Shown here: one piece after another, positions 56,143 to 64,000 of the stretch
How the letters are laid out: the number at the start of each line of letters is the position of its first letter
Numbering within the stretch: the first letter of the stretch is position 1
Source of the DNA: a virus
Reading direction: 5' to 3' (one strand)
Virus record (IMG/VR): IMGVR_UViG_3300035703_000046
Location: 1 to 64,000 of that record
DNA: 64,000 nt
Made by a program: the position numbers and the translations under genes
The notes under the pieces: model-generated
What the model was told of the DNA's origin: nothing
Databases searched by the model: none
The model's input: the letters and a program-made list of their open reading frames with translations, nothing else

Positions 56143-57168
56143 TCAAAGTCCGACTTGGACACTTGCAGACACAGAAACATTGGCATTTACATCTATAGCT
56201 ACACTTGGTCCTACAAATAAGTTGTCCAATAAAGGCAATGGCTCCCCTACATTATAATTAATAGGAGATATAACAACAGCAGGAGATAATTCTTGAGTAT
56301 GTGCTCCTAAGCCAACATTTAAAAAGCTAAACGTTGATTGCTTTTTATTGGGACCATAAGATAATAAAGATACCCCTACAGATGGAACTACCTCGGCTCT
56401 CAACTCAGGAGTCACATTAACTCCAATTCCCGTGCCTAAATATAGCTTAGGATTAAACCAAAACTCAGATTCAGAAACTTGCTGTAAAGTTTTAGATTCT
56501 TGAATAGAAATTGGATATTTTTTACCCTTTACTTCTACTTCGAACTTATTGTGAACTATATAATTTCCTTCTTCGTCCTGGCTAAGCGCAGTAGTGGAAT
56601 GATAATTTCTTGGAAAAATTTGTAAACTCCAAGGTTTTTCTTCCCAGGCTTTAAAAGAAGTAGAGCCAAATGGCACTGATAGATTTGAAAAGGGCTCGTT
56701 TATTTCTAAAAACTGCTCGCTTTTTAAATAGTTAAACTTATCAGGATTAATGCAAACACCTTGAACACATGGTACATTTTCTGGCGGTTGAGGACCTGGA
56801 CGAGGCTTAGTTGATGTTGAGGGAATATTTGAAGCATAAAATCCAGGAGTAGAAATTAAAATTTTATTAATAGCAAATAGCTTTGCATTTAAATCTTCAA
56901 GATCTTTTTTTATTGCAGGTATATTTAAATCTTCAAGTGATTGATCTAAATATTCAGAAGTAACATATAAAGATTGACTGCGGACAATTGAATCTTCCAA
57001 CTCTTTCATTTGAAGAGACGATGCTGCAATCTTCTTTTGCATTTCTAATGAAGATTCTTTTAAGCTCACTAAAGAGCTAATTAACCAACCACATAAAATT
57101 AACAATGCAATTACTGCAAATATTAAAATATATTTTGTATTGTTATCTTTTTGCTGTTCCATATTCAC
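56143..57168 (-). CDS. Membrane-anchored protein: N-terminal TM helix, coiled coil, C-terminal amphipathic beta strands
   Basis: YILIFAVIALLILCGWLI; C-terminal Gly-rich strands ending VSASVQVGL. Confidence 0.65.
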   Translation of the reverse strand: MNMEQQKDNNTKYILIFAVIALLILCGWLISSLVSLKESSLEMQKKIAASSLQMKELEDSIVRSQSLYVTSEYLDQSLEDLNIPAIKKDLEDLNAKLFAINKILISTPGFYASNIPSTSTKPRPGPQPPENVPCVQGVCINPDKFNYLKSEQFLEINEPFSNLSVPFGSTSFKAWEEKPWSLQIFPRNYHSTTALSQDEEGNYIVHNKFEVEVKGKKYPISIQESKTLQQVSESEFWFNPKLYLGTGIGVNVTPELRAEVVPSVGVSLLSYGPNKKQSTFSFLNVGLGAHTQELSPAVVISPINYNVGEPLPLLDNLFVGPSVAIDVNANVSVSASVQVGL

Positions 57169-57195
57169 CTAACTAAATATATATCTTGTTAAAAA

Positions 57196-57227
57196 AATAG
57201 CTTGCGCAGAAAACTACGCAAGCTATT
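57196..57227 (-). terminator. Rho-independent terminator after dUTPase
   Basis: Minus strand AATAGCTTGCGTAG-TTTT-CTGCGCAAGCTATT followed by TTTTT. Confidence 0.8.
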
Positions 57228-57245
57228 ATTGATGCAATAATATTA

Positions 57246-57788
57246 TTATTTTCCAGTTGAACCAAAACCGCCAGATCGAGAAGAATTTCGTCTTGTATGC
57301 ATGAATTTTAATTCATTTTTAGTAACTGAGTTAACTATCATATCTTCTCTTCTAACTGGAATAATCTGAGCAATTCGCTCTCCAAAACTAAATGACAAAG
57401 ACGTTTTAATCAACAAAGTAGAATCCGGTAAATATTGAACTGCAAACTTAAGATTATCTGGATATGACTGATCAATTGTTCCATATAATGGATGGCAATG
57501 ACGTTTAGCGAAGACAGAGGACCTTGGAACTAATTGTAACCACCAGCCTTCTGGGCAAAACACATTAAATCCTAAATTGATTAATTTATATTGGCTTGGA
57601 CTAATAGACATTCCATTTGGCTCGGCACATCTAACATCCCAACCAGTATCATCACTATTTGCTTTAGATGGTAAAAACATCTCAGGAGTTATCGGAGCTT
57701 CGCTACTGTGTAGCTTGTTATGTTTTTCACATAAATCTGTTAAATTTTCATCTAATGCAAAATAAAATTCTGGAATTTTTACTGACAT
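57246..57788 (-). CDS. dut: dUTPase (trimeric)
   Basis: TGWDV, PRSS, GTIDQSY, GERIAQ, RSSGGFGSTG. Confidence 0.93.
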   Translation of the reverse strand: MSVKIPEFYFALDENLTDLCEKHNKLHSSEAPITPEMFLPSKANSDDTGWDVRCAEPNGMSISPSQYKLINLGFNVFCPEGWWLQLVPRSSVFAKRHCHPLYGTIDQSYPDNLKFAVQYLPDSTLLIKTSLSFSFGERIAQIIPVRREDMIVNSVTKNELKFMHTRRNSSRSGGFGSTGK

Positions 57789-57803
57789 ATTCTTACCTTT
57801 CAA

Positions 57804-58310
57804 TTATCTGTTTCTTCCTAAATAAAATTTCCAATCATCGTGTACTACCTGCAAACTCTCATATTCATTTATGATAAATCTTTGAGGAGGAGCTGGCTTA
57901 TTTAATAATTTCATTCCAACTTGATCTAAAGTTTTAGATCCCTTTTTACTGTTACATGGCTTGCAGCATGTAACACAATTATCAAAAGAATTGACGCCAC
58001 CTAAAGCCCTCGGAATAACATGATCAATGCTTAATTGAGTAGCAGTGCCAGTAAATCCGCAATATTGACAAATAAAATAATCTCTTTTTAATATTGCTTT
58101 TCTATTAAACTTTGCAATCTTTGGCATCCACCTATTTCGATAAACTAACCTTACTACAGCAGGGTTGTTAAAGAAAGAGTTTATAGTTGAAGAAGATTCT
58201 TCCCAACTAGATAATACTTCTACTTTTCCCAACCAAAGCATTTTTAAAACTTTGCGTTCCGATATAAAAGATATTGGCTCATAAGAATGACTTAATAACA
58301 AAGCATTCAT
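57804..58310 (-). CDS. HNH endonuclease (McrA-like)
   Basis: LL..SYEPI; RD..CQYCG; IDHVIPR..GG; N.V..C..CN..KG. Confidence 0.92.
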   Translation of the reverse strand: MNALLLSHSYEPISFISERKVLKMLWLGKVEVLSSWEESSSTINSFFNNPAVVRLVYRNRWMPKIAKFNRKAILKRDYFICQYCGFTGTATQLSIDHVIPRALGGVNSFDNCVTCCKPCNSKKGSKTLDQVGMKLLNKPAPPQRFIINEYESLQVVHDDWKFYLGRNR

Positions 58311-58314
58311 AAAA

Positions 58315-58986
58315 TTATGACCCTATAATCCTGCTAATAGAGTCCCTGATATCTTCGCCAGAGCATACTTCATTTCCTATGCATGTCCACCCTGGTCTAG
58401 TTCTTCTGGCAAAGATTTCAATTTTTTTCATGTCTTCACCTGGGAACATAATATCTAATTGATCTTGTAAATTTTCAGGTTTCTTAGAATGACGCTCATT
58501 TTGATGAAAATGAACGGTTCTTTGAGATTTATTTTTTAAATGTTTATAAATTTTACCCTTTGTACCAATTAAAGCTACTTCATGACAATTTCTCCACAGT
58601 CTACCCATTCCAAAACCTAGCATCTCTTGGTAATTAAAAGTATCAAAAATTTGATCAATAGAAGATTTATTATCTAAATTTATATTTTTTAACTTGCTCT
58701 TGATAGATTTGAACGGATCTTTGACTGTTTTATTCCAAACAATCATTTGTTTATGTTGGAATCCCCATGACTTCAATAAGTCTAAACCCTCTTGCAATAA
58801 AGAAGAAGGCGTCCAAGAAACAATTAGAGCATCATTATCTGATATTTCTGAAATTTTTAACTTTTTTAATTCTTCAAAGTTCAATACGGAATATTGGGAA
58901 GATGCTCCTCTAGCTACTTCAGACATATTCAATTCATCTGAAAAGCTCCAAGGACAGTCTATACAAATTATATTAAACTTATTCAT
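58315..58986 (-). CDS. MT-A70 family adenine methyltransferase
   Basis: DCPW (DPPW-like), WGF, WNK, GMG..R..E, HSKKPE, EIFAR..PGW..GNE. Confidence 0.88.
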   Translation of the reverse strand: MNKFNIICIDCPWSFSDELNMSEVARGASSQYSVLNFEELKKLKISEISDNDALIVSWTPSSLLQEGLDLLKSWGFQHKQMIVWNKTVKDPFKSIKSKLKNINLDNKSSIDQIFDTFNYQEMLGFGMGRLWRNCHEVALIGTKGKIYKHLKNKSQRTVHFHQNERHSKKPENLQDQLDIMFPGEDMKKIEIFARRTRPGWTCIGNEVCSGEDIRDSISRIIGS

Positions 58987-59341
58987 TTAGTTCTTTTAAG
59001 ATGAGGTTTATTTTTTCAATTGCTAAATCTATTCTGGCTTCTTGAATTTTATTTTCTAATTTTGAAATTTTATCTAGAAATAATTCTTTATTTTTTCTCT
59101 CTTTAGAGCATTGATTTAGATGTTCAGTTATCGATTCTTTTCTTACATATAATTCTTGCAAAGATTCTATTGGCAATTTATTAAGAGAAGCATCTGAAAT
59201 TTTTTCATTTAAAATTAAATTAACATTTTCATTAGAAATTTTTATTTCTAGTTCCAGTTTCTTTTTCTCATCCATTAACTTTTTAATATTCTTCTTTTTT
59301 GTTAGAATTTCTTTGGATGATTTTGTTTTTATTTTTGCCAT
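58979..59341 (-). CDS. Hypothetical Lys-rich coiled-coil protein
   Basis: ORF track. Confidence 0.6.
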   Translation of the reverse strand: MAKIKTKSSKEILTKKKNIKKLMDEKKKLELEIKISNENVNLILNEKISDASLNKLPIESLQELYVRKESITEHLNQCSKERKNKELFLDKISKLENKIQEARIDLAIEKINLILKELNE

Positions 59342-59346
59342 AATAA

Positions 59347-59910
59347 TCAGCCTAGCGGCTCCAATTCTAATACTGATTTTTCATCAGTTACATTTATAGG
59401 AAAATAATGATCTATTTGAGGCTTTTGAGTAGATGCTGGCTTTAAAATATGAACAAAATAATCTCCTGGGGATAAATCTATCTTCCAACGACCATTTTGA
59501 TCGGTTCGATTTTCTCCAACTAAAGCCCCTCCCTGAAGACCTTTGTGATCGTAAATTTTCACAGAAGCAAGAACCACATTATTCTGTTTGGAATTTTTGC
59601 TTTTAGGGTATTTTACCACCTGGCTAACTCGAACTTTATCAGGTTTTGATGATGCTGCAGAATTGTCAACCTGAGGAAATTCAGACTGCTTTTTCTCCTT
59701 AGCTGAGATAATGGTTGGCTCAGGGGGAATGCTTACTGGCTGATTATTTGGCGGATAGCTAGGGCGCAAAGCCATAGATGTATTATTTTTTAACTGATCC
59801 AACCTAGAAATAATAATTTTATAATTATTATCTACATTGGCGATGTGTAATAATAATTTATCAATTTTATCTTCTAAATCTAATAAAATATCTGTGGCTT
59901 TGCGTTCCAT
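59347..59910 (-). CDS. Coiled coil plus a C-terminal transthyretin-like/carboxypeptidase-regulatory-like domain
   Basis: ASVKIYD..RTDQNGRW..L.PGDY.V. Confidence 0.55.
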   Translation of the reverse strand: MERKATDILLDLEDKIDKLLLHIANVDNNYKIIISRLDQLKNNTSMALRPSYPPNNQPVSIPPEPTIISAKEKKQSEFPQVDNSAASSKPDKVRVSQVVKYPKSKNSKQNNVVLASVKIYDHKGLQGGALVGENRTDQNGRWKIDLSPGDYFVHILKPASTQKPQIDHYFPINVTDEKSVLELEPLG

Positions 59911-59911
59911 A

Positions 59912-60547
59912 TTAGCTTATATTAATTGAAATAGATATTGGAAGTCTTTTAATAACTAAAATTTTATCAGGATTTAAATTATTTTGAAAAATTAAATCTG
60001 CTAATTTAGCTTTTATACTTTCTTCATCTGTAGATGAAAAAAGTACTTGATTTTCAGCTATAATAACAATTTCATTCGAAGATAGCTGATCTAAAGAAGT
60101 TGGAGGCTCATATTCTTTTGATTTTTGAGCTGATTCGGAAAAATTATCTTTATTTTTACTAGGATTTGAATTTTCAAAATTAATTTGTTTTTTTGCAGCT
60201 TCTTCATAGAGAATTTCTAGCTCTTCCGAAGTTAGGTCTTCTCTTATCAAATTATCATCATATACAGGTCTTTCTGATAGCGGCTCATCATAAAATTTTG
60301 TTTGCTTGTTCCAGCCAATATCTTGTTGTCCTACGGAAGGAACTGTGACTTTAGGTGATAGTTGAAGCTCTTTTATTACCTGATTTCTTAAAGTTGCTTG
60401 ATGCTCAGGTAGGTCAGTTGCCGCTTCAATTCCTTTAAGCTTTCCTTCTGCCATAAGGCGCTGCCATTCAGGCACATATGGTTCTTGAACCATTTGCGCC
60501 CGAACAGCACGAGCTGGATTCTTAATAAGAAATTCTTTTTTATTCAT
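59912..60547 (-). CDS. Hypothetical protein
   Basis: ORF track. Confidence 0.65.
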   Translation of the reverse strand: MNKKEFLIKNPARAVRAQMVQEPYVPEWQRLMAEGKLKGIEAATDLPEHQATLRNQVIKELQLSPKVTVPSVGQQDIGWNKQTKFYDEPLSERPVYDDNLIREDLTSEELEILYEEAAKKQINFENSNPSKNKDNFSESAQKSKEYEPPTSLDQLSSNEIVIIAENQVLFSSTDEESIKAKLADLIFQNNLNPDKILVIKRLPISISINIS

Positions 60548-60873
60548 TGGCGGTCGTCTGAAGAAGACTTTTTCTTTCTTTCTTCCATCTTCTTATTCTT
60601 GCGAGCTTCTTTTCTGGCTTGGATTTTATCCCATTCTCCACTAAGAATTTGCTGTTCTCGCAATTTAGTTAACATTGCTTTTTGAATAGCTTCTCGCTTT
60701 TTTCTTCGCTTTTTATCAGAAGGTTTTTCGTATCTCTGTTTTTCTTTATATTCTGAAATAATTTTTTCTTTTTGAATTAAAGACTTAAATTTTCTAAAAG
60801 CATCTTCAAAGTCATTATCATGAACTTTAACTTCCAACCCTCTAAACTGAAGTAAATCTCCAGGTATTGCCAT
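60544..60873 (-). CDS. rpsU: Ribosomal protein bS21 homolog with extensions
   Basis: VKV..DFEDAFRKFK..IISEYKEKQRYEKPSDKKRRKKREA. Confidence 0.92.
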   Translation of the reverse strand: MAIPGDLLQFRGLEVKVHDNDFEDAFRKFKSLIQKEKIISEYKEKQRYEKPSDKKRRKKREAIQKAMLTKLREQQILSGEWDKIQARKEARKNKKMEERKKKSSSDDRQ

Positions 60874-60884
60874 GTGGTTTACCC

Positions 60885-62849
60885 TTAACCTTTCTTGAAC
60901 TTTAATAAATTGTTATAAAAATTAATTTGTTTTTCTGTGGGAGATAATTTGCCATCACACTCTTTTCTAGAGCAGACCAAGGTCCAATTTTCTTGAGAGT
61001 GATAGGCTCGAAGATAACCATTACATTTAGGACAGTTTTGAAAAGCAGTAAATCGATCTTCACTAGCAACTATATCATCATTCTTTTTAGAATAAGTTGA
61101 TTTATAACTACATTTTGGAAACGATTTACAATAAACATAATGCGTAGAACCAAAAATATATTCATTGTTTTTGCTATTGCATTTAGGACATGAATTAATC
61201 GCATTTTTATTTACATTTTTTTCAACCTTAGATAATTCTTCGGAAAAATCTTTGTAAAAATTACTCAAAAAATCAACATATTCCATGGATCCAGCTTCTA
61301 TCTTGTCCAAAGATTGCTCCATGCTGGCAGTATAATCATAATTCATAAAGCTAAATTTAGAATTTAAATGATTAAAAACTTCTTCGCCAAGAGAGGTTGG
61401 TGCCAAGGTTTTACCTTTGCTCTCTACGTATTGTCTTTCTTGTATTTTTGAAACTATTGCAGAATAAGTACTAGGTCTTCCAATTCCTCTTCTTTTAAGT
61501 TCTTCTAACAAAGTTTTTTCAGAGAATCTTGAAGGTGGCTTTGTTTGTTTTTCAGAAAGCTTTTCATTATTGATATTGGGAGATTCTCCAACTTCAAGAT
61601 TAGGCAATATGCTATCCGAGGATTTGTCATCGGAATCCTTGAATAAGGATAGCCATCCCTCAAAGTTTAAAATTCTACCGTGAGATTTAAACTCTGATCC
61701 GTTTTTTGATTTAAAAGTGATTGTTGTTGCGTCGTATATTGCTGGTTTTAGCTGAGATGCTAAAAATCTTTTCCAAATTAAATCGTATAATTTCTCTTCA
61801 TCTTGAGGCAGTCCTGAACTATCAGGCAAATTATTTATATCAGTGGGTCGAACTGCTTCGTGTGCATCTTGAGCTTCAGCAGAGGCTCCATATAAATTAG
61901 GTTTAGATGGAAGAGCATAATGTTGAGCAGATAAATAATCTCTCGCTTGAGAGATAGCATCATCAGATACCCTAAAAGAATCAGTTCTCATGTAGGTAAT
62001 TATACCCTTTTCGTACAAAGATTGGGCTAATTTCATTGTTTTGGCACTGCCAAATCCCAAAATTGATGAAGAAGATCCCATTAAAGCAGCGGTATCAAAT
62101 GGAGGAAAGGGATTTTGCTTTTTTTGAGATTTATCTAAATTAGATACTTTAATTCCTGATTTTAAGGATTCTAATACTTTTTTACCTTTTTCTGCATCAG
62201 TAATTTTATCTGAATATTTGATTTCAAAATTAATTTTATCTTTTGAGCCATTTGCCGTTACCGTATAATAAGTTTCCGGTTTAAAAGATTCAATTTCTTT
62301 CTCTTTTTCTACAATCAACTTTAATGCAACAGATTGAGTTCTTCCAGCTGACAAAGAAGTCTTAGACTCTTCTGCCTTTCTTAAATATCCTGAAACTCCA
62401 AAACCAACTATACGGTCAATGATTCTACGAGCTTGTTGGGCATTATAAAGCTGTTCATCAAGTCCTCTAGAAGATTTAATTGATTCAAGAATAGCTTTTT
62501 TAGTATATTCTTTAAATAAGACTCTTTTAATTGGTTTGTTGAATTTTTTTAATTCCTCAGATAAATGCCAAGAAATTGCTTCGCCCTCTCTATCAGGATC
62601 GGAAGCGAGCAATATTAACTCAGCTTCTTTTGCAGCTTTATTAATATTTTCCATTTGATTTCTTTTATCTTGCAATAAAGAATAATAAGTTTTAAAATTA
62701 TTTTTAATATCTACGCCCCAGGTGGCTTTGGTTGTATCTAAATCAAACATATGACCAAAGCTAGAAAGTATTTTATATTCTTTACCTAAGTATTTTGATA
62801 AAGTTTTTGCTTTTGTTGGAGATTCTACGATAAGTAGTACGCTAGACAT
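60885..62849 (-). CDS. topA: Type IA DNA topoisomerase
   Basis: IVESPTKAKT, DPDREGEAI, SAGRTQS, ITYMRTDS, QDAHEAVRPT, GIGRPSTY; C-terminal zinc ribbons. Confidence 0.97.
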   Translation of the reverse strand: MSSVLLIVESPTKAKTLSKYLGKEYKILSSFGHMFDLDTTKATWGVDIKNNFKTYYSLLQDKRNQMENINKAAKEAELILLASDPDREGEAISWHLSEELKKFNKPIKRVLFKEYTKKAILESIKSSRGLDEQLYNAQQARRIIDRIVGFGVSGYLRKAEESKTSLSAGRTQSVALKLIVEKEKEIESFKPETYYTVTANGSKDKINFEIKYSDKITDAEKGKKVLESLKSGIKVSNLDKSQKKQNPFPPFDTAALMGSSSSILGFGSAKTMKLAQSLYEKGIITYMRTDSFRVSDDAISQARDYLSAQHYALPSKPNLYGASAEAQDAHEAVRPTDINNLPDSSGLPQDEEKLYDLIWKRFLASQLKPAIYDATTITFKSKNGSEFKSHGRILNFEGWLSLFKDSDDKSSDSILPNLEVGESPNINNEKLSEKQTKPPSRFSEKTLLEELKRRGIGRPSTYSAIVSKIQERQYVESKGKTLAPTSLGEEVFNHLNSKFSFMNYDYTASMEQSLDKIEAGSMEYVDFLSNFYKDFSEELSKVEKNVNKNAINSCPKCNSKNNEYIFGSTHYVYCKSFPKCSYKSTYSKKNDDIVASEDRFTAFQNCPKCNGYLRAYHSQENWTLVCSRKECDGKLSPTEKQINFYNNLLKFKKG

Positions 62850-62875
62850 ATGAATTTTTTCCTATATTATTAGAT

Positions 62876-63301
62876 ATGGATGGAATATTAATTAAATATT
62901 TCAAACCAACCATCGACAAACTTGCTTACAGCAAGGAGTTGAATTCTTATCTATTAAATTTACTTGTTACTATTGATAAGTTAGAAAACTTGTCTAAAAA
63001 CAGTTTAACATTAAAATATATTGAAGCTCAAAGCAATTATAATTTTAATTTGTATCAATCTTTAGGAGACTGGATATTGTTCTGCCAGGTTAATATGCCA
63101 GAGCATTTAAAAAATGCAGAAGAAAAATATTACAACGCATTAGCTCAAAACTCCTACTATCATTGTTACATTATGCTAAAACGTCAATGGAAACTATTTG
63201 AGGAATTAGCGGATATGTATCCAAATATCGTCAAAGATCTCCGAATTTCAGTGAAAAGGTCTGCTTTTCACGATGCTATTGGCAGTAGAAAATTTTACTA
63301 A
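62876..63301 (+). CDS. Conserved hypothetical helical protein
   Basis: LGDWILF..P..YY..LAQNSY..LFEELAD.Y resembles a bacterial conserved hypothetical family (from memory, unverified). Confidence 0.6.
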   Translation: MDGILIKYFKPTIDKLAYSKELNSYLLNLLVTIDKLENLSKNSLTLKYIEAQSNYNFNLYQSLGDWILFCQVNMPEHLKNAEEKYYNALAQNSYYHCYIMLKRQWKLFEELADMYPNIVKDLRISVKRSAFHDAIGSRKFY

Positions 63302-64000
63302 TTTTGATTTGTCATTTTCGGCAACAAAAGCTTCTCTGGAATTTGCTTCAAGTATAAGCAATCTTCTGGGGCTGCCAGCATCTAACATCATAAATTTATC
63401 ATGAAATAATGGAATTGGTCCGTTATGTCCAGAAATTATTGTTTTTTGCCAGGGCAATGACTGATTATTTGCAATTGAATATTTGACAAATTCAAAAAGC
63501 TTCCTATCCCAATAAATAACTTCCGGGGCATGTTTTTCCCATGGAATTTTAGGATTGCCGCCGCCATGAATAAAACAAAAACGATCCGTTTCATAAAAAT
63601 CTAAGCAATTCATCATAAAATCTAAGTGAGATTCTGGAATTAAATTAAATTTTTTTGCAGCAAAAGAGTTTATACTAGATGACATCAAATCAGGTGGCAC
63701 CTGACCATTTTGCTTAGCAATATTTAAATATCCAGCTAAAGTCAAATTTCCTCCATTGGCAAGCCACATTTTCCATTGGGCAGCATACTCAACGGGCAAA
63801 TAATTTGGATATTTTTCCAACCCCATAAGCAACATATACTCATGATTGCCTTTTAAACAAATAACTTGATCTGGATATTCTTTCTTAAGATCAATTAAAG
63901 TTTGAATTACTAGTGGAGAATCCAAATGACGATCTATATAATCTCCTAAAAATATTAGCATGTCTTTTTTACCACCTTGATTCCTTAATGGTAAAATTCT
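63248..64000 (-). CDS. Metallophosphoesterase, Ser/Thr protein phosphatase-like (5' end beyond the window)
   Basis: GDYIDR, GNHE, HGG, W.R, GH; frame is open to position 64000. Confidence 0.88.
   Translation of the reverse strand, partial: RILPLRNQGGKKDMLIFLGDYIDRHLDSPLVIQTLIDLKKEYPDQVICLKGNHEYMLLMGLEKYPNYLPVEYAAQWKMWLANGGNLTLAGYLNIAKQNGQVPPDLMSSSINSFAAKKFNLIPESHLDFMMNCLDFYETDRFCFIHGGGNPKIPWEKHAPEVIYWDRKLFEFVKYSIANNQSLPWQKTIISGHNGPIPLFHDKFMMLDAGSPRRLLILEANSREAFVAENDKSKLVKFSTANSIVKSRPFH

Larger units (their letters stand above)
1..64000. other. Segment of a large (jumbo-type) tailed dsDNA bacteriophage genome
   Basis: Terminase, portal and prohead protease occur with a self-encoded replisome and translation factors; dense single-strand gene organisation; mostly unknown ORFs; no bacterial housekeeping operons. 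Confidence 0.93.

Noticed and set aside
1488-60685. Many short plus-strand ORFs in the track (e.g. 8152-8460, 10715-11287, 49567-49863)
   Set aside because: They are antisense shadows of long minus-strand genes, Ser/Phe/Leu-rich as expected from reverse-complemented Glu/Lys codons, with no recognisable motifs.
44029-62849. Bacterial chromosome origin, suggested by tig, infC, rpsU, topA and def
   Set aside because: None is in its bacterial operon context (no clpP/clpX, rpmI/rplT or fmt), all are divergent, and they are contiguous with phage head genes.
1-64000. Stop-codon reassignment
   Set aside because: TAA, TAG and TGA all end genes, and conserved proteins are full length under code 11.
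1-64000. tRNA or rRNA genes
   Set aside because: Intergenic gaps are short and AT-rich with no cloverleaf or T-loop motif noticed by eye; tRNAscan was not run.

Overview
This window is an AT-rich, gene-dense segment of a large tailed dsDNA bacteriophage (jumbo/huge phage) in the standard genetic code. All credible genes are on the minus strand except phoH and one hypothetical gene near the right end. The left half (1-33 kb) is a head-morphogenesis module: terminase large subunit, portal, a 1204-aa prohead protease-scaffold fusion, two paralogous decoration-like proteins, a GH73 peptidoglycan hydrolase and about 20 unknown proteins. The right half (33-64 kb) carries replication and recombination genes: DnaE, a primase split into two distant genes, RecA/UvsX, UvsY-like, gp32-like SSB, RuvC-like, SbcCD, TopA, dUTPase and dNMP kinase. 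It also carries translation and nascent-chain genes: IF-3, bS21, peptide deformylase, trigger factor and DnaJ. A CCA/poly(A)-type nucleotidyltransferase sits in the head module. The most notable pattern is that the head-module proteins share a modular sequence 'grammar': recurrent hydrophobic-x-K-x-A|(S/Q/G/Y/D) sites, a helical L-A-x-x-L-D-x-x-G-x4-A-x-x-L tag, and two further pro-region modules, one of which is also in the scaffold. I infer a capsid-targeting and Ala-specific proteolytic maturation system for a large set of ejected or internal cargo proteins. No major capsid protein, tRNA or CRISPR array was recognised. All product calls come from motif recognition by eye, not database searches.
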